NCBI GenBank assembly: GCA_002104905.1
Contig: MCFE01000135.1
Coordinates: forward strand, 62,001-126,000
Direction: 5' to 3'
DNA: 64,000 bases
Origin: Basidiobolus meristosporus CBS 931.73
Taxonomy: Eukaryota; Fungi; Basidiobolomycota
This document shows positions 37,251-48,789 of this stretch, piece after piece (position 1 is the stretch's first letter; each line of letters opens with the position of its first letter). The position numbers and the translations under genes are program-made. Below the pieces are notes generated by a model that saw only the letters and a program-made list of their open reading frames with translations, made no database searches and had not been told where the DNA came from.

Positions 37251-39281
37251 TTAATACAGTGCCTCAATTTTCTCCTTGTAACGATCGACGATCTCTCTCC
37301 GCTTCAGCTTCTGTGCGGCAGTGAGGAGACCGTTATCACTGGTCCAATCCTCATCACTGATGAATACGTCGTGTAACATCTCCGCGGATACGAATTTGTT
37401 CTTCTTCGCAATACTGTTCATATCCTGCAATATCGCCTTCCTAACCTGGTCGGAATCGGCCAGCTCTTTACGGCCCATCGACCCAGCTTCGGTAACGCCC
37501 TGCTGCTGGGCAAGGTCTCTCAGCTTGCTCTCCGAACAGACAATGATGGCGACCGGTCTGTTCTTGTATGAATCCGCATACACACACACCTGATCGGCAT
37601 AATAGGAAGTTTTATAAAGGGACTCCAGCTTCTCAAGAGCAATATATTCGCCGTTGGATAGCTTGACCAGATTCTTCTTACGGTCGATAATGCCCAACGT
37701 TCCATCTGGAAGCCATTGACCGATATCTCCAGTCATTAGCCAGCCATCCTCCGTAATCACCTCCTTGGTAAGCTCTGTGTTCTTGAAGTAGCCTTTCATG
37801 ATGGCAGGCCCACGGACCCATACCTCGCCCTGTGGTGGGTCGTTAGTGGACCGGTAGTTGGTCTCCTCCACGTCGACCAGCTTGATCTCGCAGCATGGAA
37901 CAGGAGGGCCGTTTGACTGGCTGGTTTTGACATCAGGGTTCATGAAGGTGGCCATTGCCGTTGCTTCGGTCATGCCATAGCCTTGAATGATCGGGCAGAT
38001 ACATGTGGTCAGGAACTCCGAGGTTGCAGGAGCAATGGGCGCGCCTCCGGATAGAGCGAAGCGCAGACGTCCCCCGGTAGCTTCCTTGATTTTGTTGAAA
38101 ACGATCGTATCCAGGATGCTGGTTGGGATACCGTAAGAATTCAAGAAGGACTTGTTGCGAAGAGCAAGATCGAATAAGATTTGAGTGATTCTCCCCGACC
38201 CCTCCACCTGAGACATGACCCCCTTGCGGATGGTCTCCCAGACCGCCGGTACTCCGCACATCACAGTCGGTCTTAGCTCTCTAAGATCTCCTTTGCACTG
38301 GCGTACCGAGGTATCGGTCAGCGTGCGAGGGCTGGCATATCCCATGGGGATGCCGAGGAACATGGCATAGTTCTCCACAAGAAATTCCAAGATGTGGGCC
38401 AATGGCAGATAGGTGATGAGCACATCCGTGTCTGGATCCAAAAAGGGTCGGATGAATTTGTCGATCCCAGCAATCCCCGCAACTACGTTGGCATGGCTAA
38501 GCATGACGCCCTTGGGGTTCCCGGTGCTACCAGAGGTGTACATGATACAAGCCAAATCCTCTGGAGAGGGTAGGCTGGCTTCCACCAGATTTTCAGCTCC
38601 CAATGCCCTTACTTCCTCGTATGTATGCACACTTAGCTGAGGGTTGGAGCTTAGCGAATCAATTACTGCGTTCTTAGCCTTGTCCATGTATATGACATGC
38701 TTCAACGATGGGACATCCGCCATGATCTCTACAATTACTTTTAGCAGCTCGGCAGTGGTAAAGACAACTGAGATTTCGCCTTCATTCAATGCGTGCTTGA
38801 GCCCGTCTGCCCCCAGGGTTTCGTAGGCGGTAACAATGGTCAAACTTTGGGAAAAGCAAGCTTGGGACATCATAATCCATTCGGGGGATGTCCTGGAGAA
38901 GATGGTCAATTTATCGCCATTGTTGAGGCCGAGCTTCAGCAGACCACAGCCGATTTCTCGAGATATACGAGTCACGTCAGCGTAAGTATACCATTGATAG
39001 GGCCCCAGTTTGAAATACTTCCAGGTTTTCGTTTCCTTCCTTTCTTGTCCACCGATAACCTTGGTAATCACCTTTTCTTCCTCAATGATATCTTCGACGG
39101 CACGGTAACCCAGAGCATTCCGGTTAGCCCTGTTCTTTACGAGATATGGGAGAAGGTCCCCGAGGGTTTTGATATCTGGGTGGGGGTGGGTGGTGAATTC
39201 ATCGGGCGAGAGAATATTACGACGAATACGGGTAGCGTTAGCTGGTTTCTCGGGTCCAACTTCAACGGAAAATTGGTTCAT
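37251..39281 (-). CDS. FAA1: Long-chain fatty acyl-CoA synthetase (Faa1/Faa4 type), 676 aa
   Basis: IMYTSGSTGNPKGV, YLPLAHILE, QGYGMTE, GWLMTGDIG, IIDRKKNLVKL. Confidence 0.93.
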   Translation of the reverse strand: MNQFSVEVGPEKPANATRIRRNILSPDEFTTHPHPDIKTLGDLLPYLVKNRANRNALGYRAVEDIIEEEKVITKVIGGQERKETKTWKYFKLGPYQWYTYADVTRISREIGCGLLKLGLNNGDKLTIFSRTSPEWIMMSQACFSQSLTIVTAYETLGADGLKHALNEGEISVVFTTAELLKVIVEIMADVPSLKHVIYMDKAKNAVIDSLSSNPQLSVHTYEEVRALGAENLVEASLPSPEDLACIMYTSGSTGNPKGVMLSHANVVAGIAGIDKFIRPFLDPDTDVLITYLPLAHILEFLVENYAMFLGIPMGYASPRTLTDTSVRQCKGDLRELRPTVMCGVPAVWETIRKGVMSQVEGSGRITQILFDLALRNKSFLNSYGIPTSILDTIVFNKIKEATGGRLRFALSGGAPIAPATSEFLTTCICPIIQGYGMTEATAMATFMNPDVKTSQSNGPPVPCCEIKLVDVEETNYRSTNDPPQGEVWVRGPAIMKGYFKNTELTKEVITEDGWLMTGDIGQWLPDGTLGIIDRKKNLVKLSNGEYIALEKLESLYKTSYYADQVCVYADSYKNRPVAIIVCSESKLRDLAQQQGVTEAGSMGRKELADSDQVRKAILQDMNSIAKKNKFVSAEMLHDVFISDEDWTSDNGLLTAAQKLKRREIVDRYKEKIEALY

Positions 39282-39940
39282 CCTTGCAATATTTAAGGCC
39301 AGCGATAATTAGGAGAAATGGAGAAGTGGATAGAGAATACGCTGAAGTCGATGCTCTACCAGGATTTATAAAGGAATCATGTTCGGGAGATGTTCGGGAC
39401 TGGTCTATCGAATACCTAGATTGGAGTGAGAAGTCGGTGACGTAGAGAACACAAGACGGGATAACAATTAGTCTAGGTTTGCTTGTAGCCCTAACTCTCG
39501 CCGGATTTTTCCCAAATTCAAGCAAAACAGGTTAAATTAATGGAATCAGTTAGATTAAGCTAGTTATGGGCTAATAAATAGAGGGGTGCCATTTATTGGA
39601 CAACAACATGATTAGCGAGAGCGTAGGGATCGGATCAGCCACCATTTCTATAATTAGAAGAGCTGGTTAATGTTGATATTTACCACACTTGGACTGGCAA
39701 CATGGAGTATCAGTGGAATTGACTGACATTAACTAAACCGAACTTCAAATCGAAACAAGAATGTCAAACGATAGTTGTATTACACAAGTGATGGTCTAAA
39801 TCTATGGGAGTCGCCGATCGCGACAGTAAAGTGAGGGTTTTGAAACAGCTGGCAACATTGAAACTGCTTCACAATACATCACTTCATATGGTAGCGATGG
39901 GTATTTAAGCGAGCCATGTTTATCCTTCGTTAGCCATAAG

Positions 39941-42588
39941 ATGATTGTCAGTAAACTTCTTACCGGGGGCCTGGTTTTGGCCTTGGCTACACACGCTAAT
40001 GCTGGAATATATCTTAATATTTTGGGTTCAAGCCCGAATTATGCCACACAGCCGGCAAATGCGATGAAGCCCCGAAGGAGCTATTTCAACCCTATTTCAG
40101 GACTGCTCAAGGGTCTGACAAAAGTAGTGGATCCTAGATCGTATTTCACAAAGTCCCTAAAAAAGGCAGAAAAGACTGTAGGATCTTATGAGAGAATACT
40201 ACAAGGTCCCACTTACTCGAATGATGGAAGCTATGGGTCGAAACCAAGCAAAAAAGCACCACGGCCAAAGGCAAAAGCTCAATTGAGGGGTCGATACGAT
40301 GGGAGCCCTAAGTCAAAGATGATAAAACCGAAGGCACCCGAACACCCGACCAAGCATGATGGATATTCAAAACCCACCGAGTCATACATGCCCAATATCC
40401 AAACTACTCAAAAAAGTAAAGAAACAGTCATACGTGAAGCAAAGTCCCCATACAATGGTTCAAGCAATACGAATCCCACACCAAAGGCAAAGGGACCGTA
40501 CGGTGGAAAACCCAAGGCACCCGGACACCCAACCAAGCACGATGGACATTCAAAGCCACTAAGCCAAAGTCCACTTATAATGGCCCAAGCTATCCTAAAC
40601 CTACGCCAAAGAAAGAGTCAAAAGGAAAGGGTCCATATGGTGGAAAGCCCAAGCCAAAGAAGCTGACGAAACCCAAGGCACCCGGACACCCAACCAAGCA
40701 CGATGGACATTCGAAGTCCACTGAGCCAAAGTCCGCTTATAATGGTCCAAGCTATCCTAAACCCACCCCAAAGAAAGAGTCAAAAGGAAAGGGTCCATAT
40801 GGTGGAAAACCTAAGCCGAAGAAGATGACAAAACCCAAGGCACCCGGACACCCAACCAAATATGACGGATATTCGAAGCCCACTGAGCCAAAGGCCCCTA
40901 ATAATGGTCCAAGCTATCCTAAACCCACCCCAAAGAAAGAGTCAAAAGGAAAGGGTCCATATGGTGGAAAGCCCAAGCCGAAGAAGCTGACGAAACCCAA
41001 GGCACCCGGACATCCAACCAAGCACGATGGATATTCGAAGCCCGCAGAGTCAAAATCCCCTTACAATGGTCCAAGTTTCCCGACACCTGCACCAAAGAAG
41101 AAGGCACCCTCAAAGAGCCCATATGGTGGGAAACAGAAGGTACCCACACTCCACAAAAAAACACCCGGACACCCAACCAAGCACGATGGGCATTCAAAGC
41201 CCACTAAGCCAAAGTCCCCCTACAATGGCCCAAGCTACCCTAAACCCACGCCAAAGAAAGAGTCAAAAGGAAAGGGTCCATATGGTGGAAACCCTAAGCC
41301 GAAGAAGATGACAAAACCCAAGGCACCCGGACATCCAATCAAGCACGATGGACATTCGAAGCCCGCTGAGCCAAAGTCCCCTTATAGCGGTCCAAGCTAT
41401 CCGAAACCCACACCAAAGAGAGCACCAAAGACAAAAGGACCATATGGCGGAAAGCCCAAGCCCAAGAAGCTGACAAAACCTAAGGCACCCGGACACCCGA
41501 CCAAACATGACGGATATTCGAAGCCCACTGAGCCAAAGTCCCCTAATAATGGTCCAAGCTATCCTAAACCCACCCCAAAGAAAGAGTCAAAAGGAAACCC
41601 CAAGCCAAAGAAGACAACGAAACCCAAGACACCCACACACCATAAAGACACCCCCGGACACTCCACCAAGCACGATGGATATGCAAAACCTACTGAGTCG
41701 AAGGCTCCATACAGTGGCCCAAGTTATCCAAAGCCCACACCAAAGAAAATAACCAAGGTAAAGGCACCATCAGGAGGTCCATATGGTAGAAAACCTAAGC
41801 CGAGGAAGGCGACGGAACACCCAACCAAACACTATGGACACTCGGAACCCGCTAAGCCAAAATCTCCGTACAATGGCTCAAGCGAACCAAAGCCTACACC
41901 GAAGGCTGATGCTCCTTCGAAGAGTTCGTACGGCAGAAAACCTAAACCAAAGAAAGTGACGGAACCGAAGGCACCAAAGGTAAAGAACCCACCCAAGAAG
42001 ATACCAAAGACAAAAGCACCATCGACGCGACCATATGGTGGAAAACCTAAACCAAAGAGCGTAATGGGGTATAAGGCACCCACATCGCACAAGCCCACGA
42101 ATAAGCCCACGAAAACCGCCAAATCACAACCCCCTTACAAGCCTAAACCAAAGAGACCATCAAGGAAACCATATGGTAAAAAGCCAAGCCCAAAGAAAGC
42201 AACACCCAAAAAGCCCAATTCCCACACGGGAACTTCCAAACACGCGAGTAAACATGTCGAGTCAAAATCACCTTATGAATCCACGCCAACTCGAACCCCC
42301 AAACAGCAAGTAGCGCCCAACCCTTCCATGGAAACTTCAAAGGGCGTAAGGAAACCTCTTGCATTGGCAGTAGATCAAGTTGCAGATCAGATATCTAACC
42401 ACAAAGGGTCGCTGACTCCTGAGGAGCAAGATCTGATTGCGAACAAAATACTTGAACTGTCATTCCAAAATCAGGGAGGCGACTCTGATTTCATCGACTA
42501 CAAGCATATTTCCAGGAATTTGGAGAGTATCAAGGATGCCAAGATCCGGAGGTTGATCCAGGAAATAGTGGACAAGAAGTTGCAATAG
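39941..42588 (+). CDS. Secreted Lys/Pro/Tyr/His-rich tandem-repeat protein (~882 aa if a 1-bp deletion at ~40556 is corrected)
   Basis: Signal-like MIVSKLLTGGLVLALATHANA; 54-aa repeats; ORFs 39941-40666 and 40825-42588 join by adding one C (AAGCCACT vs AAGCCCACT in other repeats); TATTTAA near 39903. Confidence 0.8.
40340..41900 (+). repeat. ~162-bp coding tandem repeat, about 7-9 units with degenerate flanks
   Basis: AAGCACGATGGA-type anchor recurs at ~40535, 40696, 40858, 41020, 41179, 41341, 41503. Confidence 0.9.
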
Positions 42589-42711
42589 ATTTGTTGGCTT
42601 CAAAAACCAATTAATAAACTAGACGCCAAGGCTTTTATTAGAACACAGGAGATGTACAAAGCGTAAACATAATAATACACGGGAATTAATTATTATTAAT
42701 GCGTAGTGGGA

Positions 42712-42954
42712 TTAAAGGGACTCTTCGGAGTCGATCTCGCTCTCGAGGAAAACTCGAGCATTGTTCTCTTGCTTTGCGTAGTGATAGACGTATTCGAAAG
42801 TGAGGTTCGGCAAATCGATCGCCGGTAATGTGCCCTTAGCTTCGGGGAGTGATCCGGGTTGGTAGAAGTCGGCTGAATGGGAGGAAAATACTGGAGCGCT
42901 CTTCACAAAGCTACCGGCAAGCGCAACTGTTACGAGAAGTGAAAGCACGCGCAT
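42712..42954 (-). CDS. Small secreted protein, 80 aa, unknown function
   Basis: MRVLSLLVTVALAGSFVKSAPVF signal-peptide pattern; TATATATA ~30 bp upstream; AATAAT-rich 3' end. Confidence 0.7.
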   Translation of the reverse strand: MRVLSLLVTVALAGSFVKSAPVFSSHSADFYQPGSLPEAKGTLPAIDLPNLTFEYVYHYAKQENNARVFLESEIDSEESL

Positions 42955-44250
42955 TTTCTTCGGGGAAACCAGAGGGTGCACCACGGTATATATAGCCGTA
43001 GCCACCACCATCATTGGCTGCTAAGATGGCCAATAAATCACCACCAATAACGCCCATGATTACTTGACCCAATATCACCACAACGTCACATATCAAGCCG
43101 GAGGTCGCGTTATCATCAAAAATGGAACTGCCGATGCTGAAAATCAGTAATTTTACGCCATGATGATTGTGAAAGCAATCTATTTGGCTTAGTTTGGCCA
43201 TGTAATAATGATACACGCAAACTCCGAGGACCTACGATTTAAGCTTATAATTAAAACGCCAACCTGATCAGGTTTGAGCCTTCAAAAGTGACAGAGCTGG
43301 GTGAATGTATTTTTAGCCAACACATACTCAAGTTACACACTACAGTTGGCCTTTTTTGAGAAAATTATCAGGTTTGCTGATTTGGGGACTCTGAAACGGA
43401 TTTAGCAGATGACGTGGTCTTCATTGAAACGTAGGCAATATATAAGGTGGTCGACTACGAGCATGCACTGCTTCATGTCTTCTACACCTCCCAGCCCGCT
43501 AGCTCGCTCTGGTAAGAAAAACTAGAAGAGTCTATTGTCGAATCCATGAAACCTTGGGTTGGCCTGTTTCACACAAAACCACTGCCAAGACTTGGCAGTT
43601 AAAGCTAAAACAAAAATAGTCATTATATTAAACAACCTACATTAGTCATGAAATGTGATACTCATCGTCATTGATAAACACGTTCCACATGGTAAATATG
43701 GTAAAGCAGAATCAGCCCATATCAAGCCGATCATTAGTCGATTACATACCGGAAGAGTCGAATCCGAATCATTGAGATAATCAGGAATGGTTTGATATCG
43801 TTCAGATGGTGATTATCAGATCCAATTTATCTCGAGTCCATTTTAGGAAGTTATCGAGGGGGCTAGGAAAGCTCTCGACCATAGCGAATCTTTCGACGAT
43901 TTTCTGGAACATCGAGTGTGACCGAATAACCGAAGATACATGGAGCCACATGGACACTCTGGATTACTTGGTTGTGGTGAATGGGGGCGATATTTGGATA
44001 TCTTTTCCATGTATAGGGAGACCCGGAGTTTTAATCAAGATATATACAGTCACGCTTCAGGCAAGCGGATAGATATTTAAGGTTAGGATTAATATTTACC
44101 CTTCGGAGAACATGGGCGGTTACATGAGTTGTTTCATTATGTAATTTCAATGTCTATTGGTAGATTTGATGGGATTGTACAGTAAATAATATGGCATCAG
44201 AGCATCGTGTTTGAGTCGACTATACAAAGGAATTCAACAGGTCAAGATAT

Positions 44251-46434
44251 CTACAGAGGAACAGCAGTTTTTGATACTTCAACAATATGTGACAAGGGTG
44301 TAAACAGGGATAGGGAGTCACGTGCGGCGGGCACAAGAATGGCGTCCCGGGAAAGGAAGCATTCAGCGTCTTGCCATTTTTTCGTTACTGACTGGAAGTC
44401 GTCAGTGAACTTATGGACGGTGTTCAAGTAATTCCCACTGATCTTCAAATTTTGTGACTTCATCTCGGCAGTTTTTGCCTTGATCAAGTGGCTTTGTAGA
44501 TTTAATGCTCGGAAAGTGAGAATAGATTCAACCTTCATACTGCAAAATATGGACTCGGTTACTCAAAATACCCCTCTCCATGAATGTAGGTAGACAGCAC
44601 TTACAGTAAGCCGGCGATTCCCAAGTTGCCGAACGACACGTGCTTCTCAATTACATCCTCAATAAACACCCTGATCTTGCTGGCGAAGTCACAAACTACT
44701 TCCAGTTCTTCCTTATTGCGCTGATAAAAGATGCAATATCTTAGTAACATGACATGGCTCTCATCGACTGCTCGAAAGAGTATCGTACCTCAAGGTCGCA
44801 AAAGTGTAATATTTGGTGGAAGAGACTATGAGTAAGCATCGCAATTGCTCGCCCTTGATGATCGTCTCCTCTGGCAAATAGTTTCTCTGCTTCAAGCTTC
44901 ATTTGCGCGGCTTGTTGATGATGAGAAAGTGATTTGTTGCTTTGCTGAACCTCAGAAGACGCAGAAAGTTCATGCTTCATCGCAGTGGCCTCGGGTAGGC
45001 ACATTTTTCTATGGGACTTGGATGCAGGTTGTCGATCTTCAAAAGGCATAGGGCGTTTCTTCATATTGGTGCCAGTAGGAAGTTGGAGTTTCACAATGAG
45101 ACTCCTGTGTGGTTTGAGCTGCCTCAACTTTGGGAGTTTCAGCTTTACAACCAAGCTCTTTTTCAAAGGAGCTGGTGAAGATAGAGCTGATTTACTGACC
45201 GAGTTTATCACTCGTTTATCACCCGGATTCTTGTGTTTGACATTTCCCTTCTGGTACATGGGAACTGGTATCACGGCGTTATCTGCTATGGGGATATTCG
45301 AGGTGAACCCTCCAAAGTGTTGGGATATTCTAGAGGGTACGTTGCCTGCTTTGAATGTTAGCATGATGAGCCAGCAAAGGAGATGCCCTATCGCAATACC
45401 TTCGGTTTCGATATCCAAGTCGTCTACAACGATAGTATCCTCATCCTCCTCTTGCACCATAGGCTGCTCAACTGCGCACTTAACACTTTCACTCCTTTGC
45501 AATGGGATAGTGCCGATAGATATCTCTTCATCTGAAGAGTCAGTTGATTCTCCACTATCGCTACATGAGCTAACGTCGCTTTCGTCCTCCGAAGATAGAC
45601 TCATCTTACGGCCATGATAAGGAATTTGTTTCCAGAGGTGACAGGCCTCTGGGTCCCTTTGCCACCGTACGTAGGGCGCGACTTGGCAACAGGGACCCCC
45701 TTTCCACCCTTCATGGCACGGGGTATAACATCACCCATGGGTGGTCTGACTGTTTTCCCACCAACACGTCCAGTCAGAGGACTCTCCAGACCCACGATAT
45801 CTTTAAAAGCAGTGTTGATGCCCGTCTGGTTGAGCTTGAAGCCATCAACGGGAGGAAGCCTATCGTCGATAGGAGACGGGATTCGAGAGAGTGCCTTTTG
45901 TCGGCGGAGATCTTACATTAATTCGCATTCCTTGTGGGAGATATATCAACTGATCAAGTACCTCAAGTTGCATCTTTACGACATCCAAATTAGGAGATAA
46001 TGGAAGCGAATCAGTATCTCGAGGAGTTGGATTGGGGTTTGAATCAGGACTACTGATCGACTCGGATGTGCTCCGTGGAGAGTCGTTCACATCCTCTGGA
46101 GTTGATTCACCACTTGAGTTGAAACAAGTGGAAGGCTTTGGCTTCTACGATATCATTGAGAACAAGGTTATGACAACGACCCAGGGAGTCATATACCAAA
46201 TAACCATTTAGATACCTTGTCTCTAGTCGGTTGATACCGACGGTCATAGCCTTTTTCATAAGGCCTGTATCCAGAGTTTCGAGAAGAATTCATGTACTTG
46301 CTTTCTTCGAAATAGTTGCGGAAGGGTTGCTTCTTATGGATAAAAGACCCATACTCCACAATATTTCCGGGAGCGAAGTAGCTAATGAAATCTCTGAGCT
46401 CGGAGATTCGAGAGTCTATTCCTTGTGAAGCCAT
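44251..46434 (-). CDS. Multi-exon protein with acidic and basic disordered regions and a putative AF4/FMR2 C-terminal homology domain
   Basis: GT-AG introns join the ORF pieces. C-terminal AAQMKLEAEKL, LLMKVESILTFRALNLQ and WQDAE recall my memory of the AFF CHD. One apparent 1-bp deletion at ~45630. Confidence 0.55.
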
Positions 46435-48789
46435 TCTGTCGGGGCAAGAGAGTTTAGTTGACCAGGTTTGGAAGGAGCTGGCAGGCAAGTAAGCATACAA
46501 ACCTAATTGGGGATTAAATGAGGTGAAATGTAAAAGTAATGCTTTTTGTTCAACAAAAAATGATATGGGCAATGAGTAGTGAATGACCTATGGCAACGGT
46601 AACGAGCAAATAAGTAAAGGGTGGCCAGGTTGAAACAAAAATGCTATTGGACGAACCGGCTGTCTTGGATATGTGTAGGTTTTGGCGAAGAGGGACGTTT
46701 ATTCGATATTGTGTATAGAGAATGGTATGGTAATTTCTTCCAGCACTTCTATTTCGCCAACGTCGGCAAGCAACAACCGTAAGTGCAGTCCTTGGTTTCT
46801 TATTCTTTTTTTTCTGGTATTTTTTTTTATGCCTAGTATTACACTACATTCAATATAATTATATCGCCACATAGTCTAGATATGTGGTAATACATCACTG
46901 AAAAAAAAAACACCCCCAGCCAATCCAGAGACGCCCTTCTGATCAGAGTATTCCATTATCAAGTGCTCGCAGAGCGCATTGGACAGTAATATTGAGGAGG
47001 ATTGGGAAAATGCCGGAACATGGTCACGTTTCTTTTTTTCTCTGCTACACCCTGGAAATTCACCCATTTGTTCACCGATTCGTGACGGTTTCTGCAGAAA
47101 ATTTCCTTGTCTCGAAGTAGAAATCTATTGATTTATCCACTCGAAATATGTTCATGCATTGTGCACCCCTAGTACTAGACGGCAATCCTTCCTTCCAGAG
47201 ATCAAATCTGGTACATGATTGTCCTCCAAAAGATCGCTTGGATCACTGATTGATCGCTACCATTGATTCTTACCATATCTCGGTAAACTGGTCACAGCGT
47301 CTCCTTTTATTGAGGGTAATTGAAAGCACCTACGTGGCTACCGCATGATCGGAGTATCGTTCTTGAGAGCTGTAGGGTTTGGGAGGCCTCAGGTTGTACT
47401 AATGGCATCGAGTAATGTAAGAATCCCTGATAAACACTGGTCGAGTCAATCTCATGACCATGCCCATGCGCTCCTTCAACACCGCCTTACAATACACATC
47501 ATATATACACCTACACATGGATTATCATATGGTGTTAGAGCTTGTATATATGTTGCATATAATGGAAAACAATATAAATATAGGACCTGAAGCCAGAGGT
47601 GGACCAAAAAGGAAAATCCCATTTCATGGGGGAAAGTCAGATACGGGACTGAGTAGGCCTATATATGTAAATTGGGACGTTTTCTTGGTACTCTATTGAT
47701 TCAAGCCAATTATAGCATCTCCACTGGACAACAACAAATTGGTATAGCTGAAGTTTAAGGTGAGCCGTTGAGTAGATCATTCTTAGGTACGATTCGCGAT
47801 TCCCGATTTCAATGTCCGGGTTTCCGGTGTTTAAAATAGCAAGGAATCATCGACGAGGGGCACGTAAATGATGCTCTTCTCATCGTTTCTTCCGATTGTA
47901 GCGATGATACTAGTTTTATGTAAGTCAGCTGCCCTCGTTTTGATTTACTGCTGCATTAGGCTATTGCAGCAAGAGGACAGCAACAGGTGAGAAGGATAAG
48001 GATACGTGAGCTTATTAGGGAAAGTGATATCTTGCATCGGTGTTGTTTGTGCATCTGCTGAGAAGATGGCCGATTTTGTGTCACTTGTGTGGATCCAGTT
48101 GACATTGCAAATGTCGACAGGGATTTTGGAAGCAAAGGAGGCAATCGTAAACGCATATGGAGGTGAGTGAATCTGACGGGGATAACTCAGATATCCTCAG
48201 CCAGCCATCTAGTGCGGCTACTCGCACCCACACCCACCCCACACCCACACTCGCGCTCGAACTCACACTCACACTCACTCACACTGGCACCCATGTTCTA
48301 GTAGATGACTTCATATATTTCAATGAGATCTGATGACAAAATATTTCGAGCCGAAACAATCGTATTTGTTCGCTAAAGTGAATCAGTCGGAATGGGGAAA
48401 TTCATTTTATTTTATGAGATTCATTCGACAGCCACGTAATGATGCCTCAATCTCTAGCTTTTGTCAAATTTAGCGTTCCCGTGTTCTTGTTTGAAGATTG
48501 TATCGTGTTACTTACCTTACCCTCCTTTTTTCTGGTCCAAAATTATATCAACCTGCTTGTTCCTTTTTTTCTTGGATACTCCGTTTATCTTCGGGTAATG
48601 TTAACACCTTGTTTCTTTGAAGACCCATCCCAACCACAGCAATATACGATCCTCCCCCTGCTGGCATCTTACTAAATCTATATTCTGAAGCTCTAGACCC
48701 GATTGACGAAGACGATATTTTCCTGACCCGTATATTTTACCTCCTCCCCTTCTACCAAACTGTCAACTTCAGGTGCAACTTCAGCCGTC

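Noticed and set aside
40340-41900. Regular repeats as a possible CRISPR array
   Set aside because: Repeats are contiguous, in-frame and protein-coding, with no unique spacers or cas genes
43400-44100. Short ORFs and splice-like sites between the small secreted gene and the AFF-like gene
   Set aside because: No consistent exon chain or recognisable protein could be assembled
47740-47810. tRNA-like A/B-box resemblance (TAGCTGAAGTT...GATTCGCGATTCCC)
   Set aside because: No acceptor stem or cloverleaf could be formed
47990-48010. U12-type donor-like GTATCCTTA on the minus strand
   Set aside because: No convincing TTCCTTAAC branch site or host reading frame
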